In this document: piece by piece, positions 41,007-51,800 of the stretch | How positions within the stretch are numbered: the stretch's first letter is position 1 | Layout: each line of letters opens with the position of its first letter | NCBI GenBank assembly: GCA_963841915.1 | Contig: CAWJEN010000006.1 | Location: 1,472,001-1,536,000, forward strand | Length of the DNA stretch: 64,000 nucleotides | Source of the DNA: an uncultured Planctomycetota bacterium | GTDB taxonomy: Bacteria > Planctomycetota > Phycisphaerae > Tepidisphaerales > Tepidisphaeraceae | Direction of reading: 5' to 3' | Position numbers and translations under genes: made by a program | The notes under the pieces: generated by a model | Seen by the model: the letters and a program-made list of their open reading frames with translations, nothing else | What the model was told of the DNA's origin: nothing | Database searches by the model: none

Positions 41007-42310
41007 TTACTCCGTCTCCAGCGGCGGGGCGGTCTCTTCGCCGTCGACGTCCTTGGGTGCTTCCAAAGCCGCCTTCTCCGCCTCTGACGTGTACTCGCTG
41101 ATCGTCTTCATGTAAGCGATGATGCTCATGACGTCCCGATCGTCGAGGACGCCCAGGTAGCTGGCCATGGCGTTGCCGTAGCCCTGGCGACGATCTTGCG
41201 GGACGGGTAGTAAATGCTCTCGCGGATGTAGTCTTCGTTGACCTCGACGACTTCACCGTCTGCCATGGCGTGATCTGGAGCGTTCCACAGGTTCAACCAC
41301 GACGGGCCGGTGCCGGCCGTGCCGTCGACGCTGTGGCAGCCGATGCAGCCGCGGGCGCTGTACAGATACTCACCGACCTCGGCAGGTGGCTTGGGCTCGC
41401 CGGTCGTCGGATCCTCGTAGGGGTTGCTCATGACGGCGAAAACCTCCTCGAATCGATCCGGCTCGAACACGAAGACCTTGGCACCCATGCGGCTGTGCTT
41501 CTGGCCGCAGTACTCGGTGCAGAAGAGTTCGAAGATGCCGGTTTCGGTCGGTGTGGCCCAGGTCCGGTTGAAGCGACCGGGCACCACGTCCTTCTTCATG
41601 CGGAAGGCCGGGATGTAGATCGAGTGGATGACGTCCTGGCTCTTTAGCGTGAACTCGACCGGACGGTCCTTGGGCAGGTAAAGGTGGTTCGTCTGCGACC
41701 CATCAGGATACTCGAACGTCCAGTACCACGAGGCGGCGATGACGTTGATCTTCAGTGCGTTCGGCGGGGCGATCGTGTCGTTGAGGTAGCCGCGGAAGCC
41801 GAAGACGAACATGACCAGCACGATGCAGGTCGGGATGACGGTCCACGTGATCTCGAGCGTCGTCGAGTGGGTGCTGACGTTGACCGGGTCGGGCTCGTCG
41901 TCGCTGCGGGCGCGGTACTTGATGGCGAACCAGACCATGGCCGCGATGACCAGCACCGTGAAGAAGACGCTGACCCACAGGATGTAGTCGAACATGAAGT
42001 CGACGTCGCTGGCGCGGCTGGCTGCGTCCTGCGGCATCCAGGTCAGCGGGTTCTCGAGGAACCCCGTGTCCTTCTGGGCCGGCAGCTCAGGAGCCAGGCC
42101 GCGAACGGTCGTGACGACGTCGATGACCTTGTCGTCGCCGTCTAGCAGCACACCGGCGGCGTCGTTGACTTCTTTGCGGACGGCGTTCTCGTCCGCCTGC
42201 CGAATGACCGGCCGCACGTCCTCTTCGGCATCTTGCGCCGACGCGGGAGCAACGAGACCGAGAGCCAGGACAAGGAGCAGCAGGCGAGCCATTGTGGGTA
42301 GGGCAGACAT
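41007..42310 (-). CDS. ctaC: Cytochrome c oxidase subunit II with C-terminal cytochrome c (caa3 type), frameshifted near 41186 and in frame with upstream SCO
   Basis: LEITWTVIP, DVIHS, CTEYCGQKHSRM (CuA), CIGCH. The alternative frame after ~41186 gives GYGNAMASYLG...IIAYMKTIS...ETE and a stop at 41007. Confidence 0.85.
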
Positions 42311-43327
42311 CGTCAGGGAGTTCACAGGTGGCTTAGCGGTCGGAGAAGCGCCGCCGCGGTCGGCTGGGGGAGCGGGCGCTTCGGAGCGGTCGAGGTAGCC
42401 GAGTTCCTCGGCAGGCGTCCCGGCCATGGGGTGACGGCCGAGCCGGCCTCGTCGTTCGGCGTAGACGAGGAAGCCGATCACGCCGAACAGCGTCAACATG
42501 ACCGCAACGCCGCCGAGCATCATGACGGTCCGCACGCCGGCCGTGTACTTGCCCGTGTGCGGGTCAAAGCTGAAGCAGTAGTAGACGAACGCGTCCTTCA
42601 GGCTCGGCTGCAGCTTACCGTCGCTGGCGTCGACGACGCTGAGCCGGACGGCCTGTGCGTCGAAGTTGGGGCCCTGCAGGTAGCGGCTGACCTTGCCGTC
42701 AGGCGTGAGGATGATGATCGTGCCGGTGTGGCTGTAGGCCTGTGCCTCGGGCACCCAGACGAAGTTGAAGCCGGCAGCCTCGGTCAGACGCTCGATGCTG
42801 AGGTCGGTGCCGACCCAGAAACCCCAGGCGGCGGCGACCTGCTCCTTGTCGAACGTACGGGCCATCACGTCGACGGTCGCGTCCTTGTTCGACTGGGCCA
42901 GTTCTGCCGACTCGCGGGAGTCGAAGCTGACGGTCAGCACGTCAAAGTCGTCGCCGATGGTCAGCTCTTCGGAGAGCTCGCCCATGGCCTTGACCATGCC
43001 GTTCATGACCTCGCCGCAGAGGGCGGGGCAGCGGTAGTAGGCCAATTGCAGGACGACGGGCTTGTCGCCGTCGAAGGCATCGCCGAGGGTGACCTGGTTG
43101 CCGTCTGAGTCGGTGAAGACGGCGTCAAGGGGCAGCTTGTCACCGAGCTTTTCATCAATGCCTGCCCCGGCGCGGGCGTCGTTGAGGACGTTGCTCTCGT
43201 AGGCACCGTCGAGGTCGCCGGCCGTGGGCTGCTGGTACTGGGCCGAGCTGATGGAGGCGGCTCCAAAGACGACGACAGCCGCGGTGGCGGCTGCGGTTCG
43301 GAGGATGCTCAAAGAGGTGGTCACCAC
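42311..43327 (-). CDS. SCO1/SenC copper chaperone (no stop codon; reads through into ctaC)
   Basis: Signal peptide, YYRCPALC (CxxxC), YSH, GKVSRYL, CFSFDP..GKY, and a C-terminal TM helix. Confidence 0.85.
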
Positions 43328-43364
43328 GGTTACTTTACGACGTCGACGGTCGTTTCGTTTCAGA

Positions 43365-43928
43365 TCACTCGCCGTCTGTGGCGGATTGTCCCGATGTCTC
43401 GGCGGCTTCGTTGTCGCTCAGCTCCACATACGACTGCGGGTCGCGGAAGACCTCGTTCTTGAGGTGGACGTAGAAGTTGCTGCCGCGATCAAGCTCGGCC
43501 ATTTCTTCGGCCGAAATGGCCGGGCCGCCACGCGCTGCGACGATGGCTGCCATCGCATCATGGATCGGGACAGCCAGCGTCGACCGCTCGTCGTCGATGA
43601 AGCGGTAGCCGTTGTAGTTGACCGGATACTCCACGCCCCGCTCGAGGCGGTTGTTGTCACCTGGACGATTGAAAGTCGTCGGAAACGCGGTGCTGGCGGC
43701 GTAGATGGTGTCGTTGCCGACGCGGTCGCCGATGTTGGCGTACTGCTCGCTCTTGAGACGCCTCCAGTCCTCGTTGTCGTCGGTCGCGTAACGCTCCTGG
43801 AGGATGAGGTCCGTCTCGTAGCCGAACCACGCCTGCACGCCCAAGGCAGAGATCAGCAGGATCATGGCCCCGACCACACCCACGAATGCGACGAGGCCGA
43901 CGTTGACGTCTTGACGGAAGGAAGTCAT
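43365..43928 (-). CDS. Membrane-anchored hypothetical protein in the ACIII operon (position of ActG-like accessory subunits)
   Basis: Single N-terminal TM helix and LAVPIHDAM motif. Lies between actF and SCO. Confidence 0.65.
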   Translation of the reverse strand: MTSFRQDVNVGLVAFVGVVGAMILLISALGVQAWFGYETDLILQERYATDDNEDWRRLKSEQYANIGDRVGNDTIYAASTAFPTTFNRPGDNNRLERGVEYPVNYNGYRFIDDERSTLAVPIHDAMAAIVAARGGPAISAEEMAELDRGSNFYVHLKNEVFRDPQSYVELSDNEAAETSGQSATDGE

Positions 43929-43931
43929 GGG

Positions 43932-43991
43932 GAATCAGGAACGAGCGATGAAAGACGAGGAGCGAAGGGCAGACGGCAAGTCGTTCCTGAT
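43932..43991. repeat. Degenerate heptamer array plus an 11-bp inverted repeat
   Basis: GAATCAG GAACGAG CGATGAA AGACGAG GAGCGAA. ATCAGGAACGA (43934-43944) pairs with TCGTTCCTGAT (43981-43991). Confidence 0.55.
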
Positions 43992-43993
43992 CG

Positions 43994-45487
43994 TTAGATG
44001 TTGTGGAACGCCAGCGACTCGACGGCACGCGGGTCTTTGACCGGGCGGAGTTTGACGAGCTTCATCTCGCGTGCGACCCAGGCGACGCTGAGGCCGATGA
44101 CGAGCATGGCACAGCCGAGTTCGACAACCGGCAGCAGTATCCAGCCGCCTTCGAGCATCTCGGGCATGATGAGCCAGTAGAGGTCGACCCAGTGCATGAC
44201 CAGCATCCAGCCGGCCCAGAAGCCCAGAAGTGTCAGGTTCCGCTTGACGTGCCGACTGATGAGGCCGGCGAACGGGATCAGTAGGTGGCCGAACAGCAGC
44301 GTGAGGCTGATAACCGTCCACCAACCGACATTGGCCGGTGAGTCCGGGCCGCCCCACGCGCCCATGCCGAGGTTGCTGGAGACGCTGGTCGCCCCGCGGA
44401 CGCCGAACCAGTAGGTGGTCTCGGGAATGTTGGCGTACCAGATCAGCATGAACTGGCTGAAGGCGACGTAGCCCCAGAAGAACGTGAAGGCGAAGAGGAA
44501 CTTGCCCAGATCGTGGTAGTGCTCGACGGTGACGCTGCGGCCCAGCAGGCCGCCCATCCGCATGAACTGGTACATCAGGATGGTGACGGCAAAGAAGCCG
44601 ACGACGCCACCGCCGAAGATGTAACCGCCGAAGATGGTCGAAAAGAAGTGCGGGTCGAGGCTCATCACCAGGTCGAAGCTGGCGAAGGTGAGCGTCAATG
44701 CGTAGAGGACGAGCCCGCCATAGCTGGCGGCAGTCATCTGCTTCGTGTGCGCCGGATCGCCGTCCGAATCCTGCTTGACGCTGCGGCGGTAGAAGTAGCC
44801 CGCCAAAGCGATCCAGGCGGCGAAGTAGATCACCATCCGAACGGCAAAAAACGGCCGATTCAGGTAGCCGGCCTTGGCCTTCGTGAGCTTGTCGTAGTGG
44901 TATGCGTGGTGCTGGGCACGCTCGACGGTAATGGTCTGGGTCGTCAGAACGTGATCGCCCGCCGAGGCGTCGTCGTAGGCGGGGTTGTCGAGGCCGGTGC
45001 CGGTGGCGAGGTTCTCGGCCCCGGCTTCTGCAGGGGCTTCCTCGTTCTCGTGGTCCTCGCTGTGCTCCTCGCCGTGATGACCATCTTCATCGACAAAAAC
45101 CGCCCACGGGTAAAGCGTGGGGTGCCCTACGTCGCCGGGAATGACGAGGCTCGCCAGGATCGGGATGACCAGCACCGCCAGCAGCGGAAACAGCCGCGTC
45201 AGCAACTCGGGCATCCGCCGGACGTTGACGCTCCAGCCGGCTTTTGTCGCGTGCTGGAGCAGGACGAAGAAGAGCGCGCCGAGCGCGATCGTCAGGACGA
45301 ACATGTAGCTGACGAGGTACGACAGCATCAACCGCCTGAGCCCGCCGAAAAAGAACATGCCGATGACGGCGACGACCAGCCCCGCCACGGCGATGGCGAC
45401 CGAGACGCCGAAAATGCGGTCGGCCTTGGCGGGCGCGATCGTCAGCGGCTCGTCGGCGAAGTCGGCGGTGGTAACGTGGGCGGCCAC
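43994..45487 (-). CDS. actF: Alternative complex III membrane subunit F
   Basis: LQHATKAGWSV..RR, K.GYLN.PFF, DLVMSLDPHFFSTIFG, HDLGKFLF, FSQFMLIWYANIPE. Confidence 0.9.
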   Translation of the reverse strand: MAAHVTTADFADEPLTIAPAKADRIFGVSVAIAVAGLVVAVIGMFFFGGLRRLMLSYLVSYMFVLTIALGALFFVLLQHATKAGWSVNVRRMPELLTRLFPLLAVLVIPILASLVIPGDVGHPTLYPWAVFVDEDGHHGEEHSEDHENEEAPAEAGAENLATGTGLDNPAYDDASAGDHVLTTQTITVERAQHHAYHYDKLTKAKAGYLNRPFFAVRMVIYFAAWIALAGYFYRRSVKQDSDGDPAHTKQMTAASYGGLVLYALTLTFASFDLVMSLDPHFFSTIFGGYIFGGGVVGFFAVTILMYQFMRMGGLLGRSVTVEHYHDLGKFLFAFTFFWGYVAFSQFMLIWYANIPETTYWFGVRGATSVSSNLGMGAWGGPDSPANVGWWTVISLTLLFGHLLIPFAGLISRHVKRNLTLLGFWAGWMLVMHWVDLYWLIMPEMLEGGWILLPVVELGCAMLVIGLSVAWVAREMKLVKLRPVKDPRAVESLAFHNI

Positions 45488-45549
45488 TGTGGCAGGGTTC
45501 CTTGGGAAAAACAGGCAGGTTCAGGCGTCGGCTCGGTCGCTCTACAGGC

Positions 45550-46428
45550 TCACTCGGACACGGTCTCGTCGGCGTCGATCATCGGGGCCGACTGGTCGGC
45601 ACCGGCGTTGCTCTCTTCTGCCTGGATGATCGCCAGCTTCGCCTGACCGCTCAGCAGCGTCGGCTGAACCGGCACGCCGTCGACGTCGTCGGGCCACAGG
45701 TCCTGCGGGGCGTTCTGGCTCATTTGCAACGCCCGCACGTAGGCGACGATCGCCCAGCGGTCGGCCGGATCGGGGATCGCGTGGCCGTAGCCGGCCATGT
45801 TGCGGATGCCGATGTTGATCGTGTTGTAGAGGTGTCCGTCGGGGCGGCCGACGCGGACCTCGTCGTGCATCGACGAAGGGGCGACCCACTTGGGGTTCTT
45901 GTTGACGTTGCCCGATGCGCGGACGTGGACCGGACCGTTGCCGTACCCGTCGTAGCCGTGGCAGAGGTAGCAGTAGCGGGCCCACAGCTCTTTGCCGGTG
46001 GCCATCAGTTCGGGCGTGACGTCGACCGGAATCTTGTCAGCCCAGATGACCTGGCCGTCCTGCATCTCGAAGCCGGCGACGAGCATGTCATCGGCGTCGA
46101 GCTGGCCCCGGGCGACCGCACCGGCGATCGGCGGGCGGTTGGACATCTCGTTGGCGAAGAACGGGTTCTGGCTCTGGGCCTTGAACTTCGCCTGGTTGTC
46201 CATGTCCTGGAAGATGTGGATCCGCGGCTGCGAGCTTTTGGAGAACTTGGCCCGGACGGCAAACGCCAGCGGGATCCACGACGCGACGACCGCTGCCACG
46301 ACGACGTAGACCAGCCACGCCGGCACGCCGTTGAACCGCAACACGCCACGGGCGGCCATCAGGGTTGCAGGGCTGTTGGCAGACAACGCCTGATCGACCT
46401 GCTTGTTGATGAGATCCTGTGCGGGCAT
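45550..46428 (-). CDS. actE: Alternative complex III monoheme cytochrome c subunit E
   Basis: DMDNQAKFKAQ, GAVARG, CYLCH, GIRNMAGY, DRWAIVAYVRALQ. N-terminal TM helix, no lipobox Cys. Start is uncertain. Confidence 0.85.
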   Translation of the reverse strand: MPAQDLINKQVDQALSANSPATLMAARGVLRFNGVPAWLVYVVVAAVVASWIPLAFAVRAKFSKSSQPRIHIFQDMDNQAKFKAQSQNPFFANEMSNRPPIAGAVARGQLDADDMLVAGFEMQDGQVIWADKIPVDVTPELMATGKELWARYCYLCHGYDGYGNGPVHVRASGNVNKNPKWVAPSSMHDEVRVGRPDGHLYNTINIGIRNMAGYGHAIPDPADRWAIVAYVRALQMSQNAPQDLWPDDVDGVPVQPTLLSGQAKLAIIQAEESNAGADQSAPMIDADETVSE

Positions 46429-46441
46429 GAGGCGGAGTAAG

Positions 46442-46469
46442 TATCGAGAGACGAGGAACGAGTAACGAG
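46442..46469. repeat. Heptamer tandem array (NNNCGAG) between actD and actE
   Basis: TATCGAG AGACGAG GAACGAG TAACGAG. Confidence 0.65.
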
Positions 46470-46489
46470 AGCCCGAGGCAGAACCAGCA

Positions 46490-47116
46490 TTAGTCGATGA
46501 CGCGCTCGACGGCGAGCGCGCCCGTCTCATTCAGCAGATTTTCGGTGGCCGACGTGTCGAAGCGCGGGTCGGTGGCGTCGATGACGACGAAGAAGCGGTC
46601 GTCGGTCACCCGGCGGAACCTTTCGCTGCGGAGCAGCGGGTTGTAGAGCATCGGCAGCGCGTTCAGAGCGATCATGCCGAGGCCTGCCGAGAACGCGGCG
46701 AGCAGGATCGTCGTCTCGAAGATCACCGGAATGAACTGAGGCAGCGACCACATCGGCTTACCGCTAATGAGGTATGTGTACCCCTGCAGCCCGCCGGCCC
46801 AGTTGAAGCTGGTGCTCATCGACCAGACCGTTAGGAACAGCCCGCCGGTGAGCCCGGCGAGCCCACCGCCGAGGCAGATCCAGGGGAGGATGGTCGGGCG
46901 GAGGTTCATCGCCTTCTCGATGCCGTGGATCGGGAATGGGCTGTGCACGTCCCACCGCGTGTAGCCGGCGTCACGCACCTTCTCCGCGGCGGCGTAGACG
47001 CTGTCGACGTCCTCGTACTCCGCCAGCACGCCGGCCAGTACCGGCGTCTCGTCCATCGACGTGATGTCCGGGACGCGCTGGTCGTTGGCGAGGGTTGTGT
47101 AGTCGGCGGTGGCCAT
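46490..47116 (-). CDS. actD: Alternative complex III subunit D (DUF3341)
   Basis: DVHSPFPIHG, ISGKP..SLPQFIPVIFETTIL, TDDRFF. Confidence 0.9.
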   Translation of the reverse strand: MATADYTTLANDQRVPDITSMDETPVLAGVLAEYEDVDSVYAAAEKVRDAGYTRWDVHSPFPIHGIEKAMNLRPTILPWICLGGGLAGLTGGLFLTVWSMSTSFNWAGGLQGYTYLISGKPMWSLPQFIPVIFETTILLAAFSAGLGMIALNALPMLYNPLLRSERFRRVTDDRFFVVIDATDPRFDTSATENLLNETGALAVERVID

Positions 47117-47119
47117 TCG

Positions 47120-47154
47120 GCGGAAGGAACGAGAGATAAGGAACGAGGAACGAG
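47120..47154. repeat. Heptamer tandem array (GAACGAG) between actC and actD
   Basis: GCGGAAG GAACGAG AGATAAG GAACGAG GAACGAG. Confidence 0.65.
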
Positions 47155-47167
47155 AGGCAGACTCAGA

Positions 47168-48748
47168 TCACTGACCGACGGCTTGCTCGGCGTCGGTGCG
47201 GGCCGGACGCATGTCGTTGCTTTCGAGGTGCTCGGCCTGCTCGTGCTTGTTGTGGCCGACGTGCGCCTGCGGCATCACGGTCTTGACCTCGGCCATCGCG
47301 ATGATCGGGCCGAACTTGATGAACAGGAGCATGTTGCTCAGGAAGAACCCGAACGTGCCGAAGAACATCGCCATGTCGATGTACGTCGGGCTGAAGTCGG
47401 CCCAGCTGCTGGGCAGAAAGTCGCGCGTCAGGCTCGTGATAATGATGACGAAGCGCTCGAACCACATGCCGATGTTGGCGCACATGGCGCAGAACATGAC
47501 GACGACGAGGTTCTTCCGCAGCTTCGGGAACCACAGCAGGCTCGGGAAGAAGACGTTGCACGAGAACATCGTCCAGAACGCCCAGGAGAAGTTACCGATC
47601 GGGCGGTTCATGAAGGTGAACTGCTCGTAGGCGACGCCTGAGTACCAGGCGATGAAGAATTCGACGGTGTAGGCGTAGGAGACGATCAGGCCGGTCGCCA
47701 ACATGATTTTGCACATGTTGTCGATGTGCCGAAGCGTGATGAGGCCCTTGAGCCCGAACCATTCGCGGGCCGGGATGGCCAGCGTCAGCACCATCGCAAA
47801 GCCGCCGAACACGGCACCGGCGACGAAGTAGGGCGGGAAGATCGTCGTGTGCCAGCCGGGAAGCTGCGACACTGCAAAGTCGAACGACACGACCGAGTGG
47901 ACCGAAAGCACCAGCGGCGTCGCCAGGGCGGCGAGCAGGAGGTACATCTTCTCAAATCGCCACCAGTGACGTGACGAGCCGGTCCAGCCGAGGCTGAGCG
48001 TGCCGTAGATCGCCTGACCGATCTTGTTCTTGCAGCGGTCGCGGAGCGTCGCCAGGTCCGGCACCATGCCGACGTACCAGAACAGGGCCGACACCGACGC
48101 GTAGGTCGAGACGGCAAAGACGTCCCACATCAGCGGCGACCGGAACTGCGGCCACATGGCCATCTGGTTCGGGTACGGGAACAGCCAGTACGCCAACCAC
48201 GGCCGACCGACGTGCAGGCCCGGATAGATGCCCGCGCAGCCGACGGCGAAGATCGTCATCGCTTCTGCGAAGCGGTTGATTGAGGTGCGCCAATCCTGCC
48301 TGAGCAGGAAGAGGATGGCTGAAATGAGCGTGCCCGCGTGGCCGATGCCGACCCAGAAGACGAAGTTCACGATCGGCCAGCCCCAGGCGACGGTGTTGTT
48401 GTTGCCCCAGACGCCCGGTCCGGTGAGCAGCAGGTACAGGACGCTGCCGCCGAGGAACATCGTGGTGATGCCACCTGCGGTGAGGAACAGGATCAGCCAC
48501 GGCCAGTCGGGGCCGCGGAGGTTGAAGTCGGTGACGGTGTCGGTGACGTCGCGGAACGTCTTGTGGTTGAGGACGAGCGGCTCGCGACGGCCTGGGACGT
48601 CGGCGGTGTTGTCGACCTCGCGATTGCGCTCGCCGAACGACTGGCGTGGCGGCTCGGCGGGGAGCGTGACGGTGTCGTCGCGCGGGTCTCGCGCTTCGGC
48701 AGGGCGGTTGACGCCGAGGAGGTCGGGATGGGTGTCGATCGTCGCCAT
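47168..48748 (-). CDS. actC: Alternative complex III quinol-oxidising subunit C (NrfD/PsrC family)
   Basis: [70 protein letters not shown]. Confidence 0.95.
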   Translation of the reverse strand: MATIDTHPDLLGVNRPAEARDPRDDTVTLPAEPPRQSFGERNREVDNTADVPGRREPLVLNHKTFRDVTDTVTDFNLRGPDWPWLILFLTAGGITTMFLGGSVLYLLLTGPGVWGNNNTVAWGWPIVNFVFWVGIGHAGTLISAILFLLRQDWRTSINRFAEAMTIFAVGCAGIYPGLHVGRPWLAYWLFPYPNQMAMWPQFRSPLMWDVFAVSTYASVSALFWYVGMVPDLATLRDRCKNKIGQAIYGTLSLGWTGSSRHWWRFEKMYLLLAALATPLVLSVHSVVSFDFAVSQLPGWHTTIFPPYFVAGAVFGGFAMVLTLAIPAREWFGLKGLITLRHIDNMCKIMLATGLIVSYAYTVEFFIAWYSGVAYEQFTFMNRPIGNFSWAFWTMFSCNVFFPSLLWFPKLRKNLVVVMFCAMCANIGMWFERFVIIITSLTRDFLPSSWADFSPTYIDMAMFFGTFGFFLSNMLLFIKFGPIIAMAEVKTVMPQAHVGHNKHEQAEHLESNDMRPARTDAEQAVGQ

Positions 48749-48845
48749 AACTCGCTGTGCCGGGTAAGTCGCCCTTGTGTGGGCCAATCGTCTGTCATCC
48801 GCCGCCTGTTGCTGATCACGAGGCCGAATTCATCGGTCGGGTGGC

Positions 48846-51800
48846 TCAGCCGTTGGTCGTCTCTTGGAGTTGCGTCTCGTGATGCTCGCCGTAGTCGTCG
48901 CCTTCTGCGTGAGCCGTCTCCGGCTGGTTACGGAGCTTGGCGAGGTAGCGGGTCCGCGGCCGGGTGTTGAGGTCGTCGAGGACGCCGAACGCGCGCGGCT
49001 GCTTCTGATCTCGGCTGACGCGAGCGGTCTGGTCGTTGAGGTTGCCGAAGACGATGGCCTCGGTCGGGCACGCCTGCTGGCAGGCGGTCTTGATGTCGCC
49101 GTCTTTGACCGTTTCGCCGCGATTCTTGCGGTAGATGGTCTGCGACTTGATGCGTTGGGTGCAGTAGGTGCACTTTTCCATGACGCCCCGCATGCGGACG
49201 GTAACGTCAGGGTTAAAGACCATCTGCTTGACGACATCGATGCCGGCCTGCTGTTGCTGGTCGGGGATGCCGACGAACGTGGCATCGAGCGTGCTGCCCT
49301 TGGGCGTCTTGTAGTGGTAGTCGAGATAGTTGAACCGGCGGACCTTGTACGGGCAGTTGTTGCTGCAGTACCGGGTGCCGATGCACCGGTTGTAGACCAT
49401 CGTGTTGAGGCCTTCGGTGTCGTGCACGGTGGCAGCGACGGGGCAGACCTGCTCACACGGAGCGTTCTCACAGTGGACGCACATCATCGGCTGCCAGACG
49501 ACGTCGGGCGAGGCATCGTTCTGCTTCTCGTCGACAGTCTTGCCGTCACCTTTGAAGTAGCGGTCGATGCGCAGCCAGTGCATCTCGCGGTTGTTGAGGA
49601 CCGACTCTTTACCGACGACTGGGATGTTGTTCTCGCTCTGGCAAGCGACGACGCACGCGCTGCAGCCGGTGCAGGCGTTCATGTCGATCGACATGCCCCA
49701 GGCGTGCGGGTAGTTGAACTCGCTGGGCGGCTGGAAGATCTGCAGCGTGACACCCGCGTAGTCGTAGTGCTCCTTCGTCGGGTGCTTGAGGCCCTTGGGC
49801 TTGGGCTTGCCGGCCAGGTCCGCAACCTGGTTCAGGTAGGCGGCGTGGCGGTCGAAGGTCGTCTCGCGGATGATCTTGCCGTCTTCACCCTTCTTGCCGA
49901 CGCGTTTCTCGCGGCCTTTGTAGCCGGTGTCATCGATGAGGTGGTGGTTCTGCGTCATCGCCAGCACGTACCGATCGCCGGTCTTCTCGACGGCGGCACC
50001 GGTGGCGTAGGCAAGGTTGCCGGTCGTGCGGAGCTGATACGTGTCGAAGCCGCCACCGGTCGATTCGGCGTCTTCGCCGACGACGGCAAGGCTGCCACCG
50101 ACGCGGCGGCCGTAGCCCAGAGGCAAGCCGATGACGCCACGCGGCTGACCGGGCATGACGTAGACGGCGATCGTCAGCTCACGGCCGTTGACGCTGATGG
50201 TGACGAGGTCGTTCGTCCTGATGCCCAGCTCGTCGGCGTCGGCGAGGTTCATCATCGCCGCGTTGTCCCAGCAGAGCTTTGTCAGCGGGTCGGGCAGCTC
50301 CTGCAGCCAGCCGTTGTTGGCAAAGCGGCCGTCGTACACGCTGGCGTCGGGGACGAAGCACAGCTCGAACGTGTCGATCGTGACGACGCCGTCGGGATCA
50401 ACAGCCTGCGTGTCAACGAGCACAAAATCCGGCTTTTCGACCGCGTCATCACCACTTGCGATCGCGGGCTCGACTGCCTCGGCGGCGGAGTCGCCGAGGA
50501 TGCCGTCATGGAGGAACTTGCGGAACGCCTTCTCGTCGAACCCGCCCGTCAGCTCGCCGAAGGTCTCGCGGACGAGCGTGTAGCCGTCAATCGCCTCGAG
50601 CCCGAGCACGCGGGCCAAGAGCTCGATCGGCGAGACGCCGTTGAACAGAGGCAGAATCAGCGGCTGCTGCGGGGCAACGGTGCCGTCGAAGCCGCGGGTA
50701 TCGCCCCAGCACTCGAGGAAGTGAGCCCGCGGGACGTGGCAGGTGACGGCCAGGCCCGTCTCGTTGAGGTCGGGCGACAGGTGGACGCTCGTGTCGACGC
50801 TGCTGATGAGCGTGGCGACGTCGAGGTCGGCCGGTGCGTCGTAGACAGGGTTGCCGCCGAGGATGACCAGGGCGTCGACCTGGCCGCGGCTGAGCTTGTT
50901 TGCGAGTTCAACGATCGTGCCGCCCGCTTCGACGGGGTCGGCGATGTAGGTGACGGTCGTGCCGACGCTGCCGAGCTTGGCGTTGATGGCGTCGGCGAGA
51001 CGCCGAACCGCGGCAGGCGTCTGCGGACCGGCGGCAACGAGCGCTTCACCGCCTGCGGCCTGGAGGTCGGCGGCGACTTCCTTGGCAAAAGCCGTCATCG
51101 CAGGCGTCGCCTCGCCGGCCGTTCCGCCTTCGACACCCAATTCGCCGGCCACGAGAGTGGCAAAGGTCGCCAGATCCGACGGCTTGCACGGCAGGCGACG
51201 GTCGGCACTGGCGCCCGTCAGCGAGTAGCCGCACTCGACCTGGTAGCACCGGCTCATGACCGGGTTGCCTTCGTCGTCGGCCGTGGCGCGGAGGGTCGAC
51301 CAGTCGGCCGAGTAGCGGGTGTGGCCCGGATGGCTGCCGAGATAGTCGCAGTCGAGGCCGAGTACGACGCGGGCCTTGTCGAACTTGAACAACGGCAGCG
51401 TGCCGCCGCTGGTCTGACGCAGCGGCTCCCACGTGTGCCACGCGCCGTCGGGCAACTGCTTGAGCAGCCGTAGGAACGTCGGCGACGCGGTCGCCTCGGC
51501 CAGGACGGCAAGCTTGCCCGCCGCCAATGCGGCCTGCAGTTTGGGCAGCACGGCGGCGTCGAAATAGTCGGCGTCTCGGGCAACCGGACTGCCGCCCGTG
51601 ATATCGAGGACGAAACGGCTTCGCTCAGGGTCGTACAGGCTCAGCGGCTGGGCCTGGGCGTAGGCGTCGGCACTGCCCCAGCCCATCGACGGCTGATCGG
51701 GCGTGACGGCCTCGTCGGCCTTGACGCTGCGGGTGCGATTGTACGGGTGACTGGGGTTGCCCTCAATCTTGATCGGGCGGCCGTCGAAGCTCTCGGCCAG

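Noticed and set aside
48864..51473. 869-aa plus-strand ORF
   Set aside because: It is the antisense shadow of actB. High-GC codon bias suppresses stops on the opposite strand, and it has no recognisable motifs.
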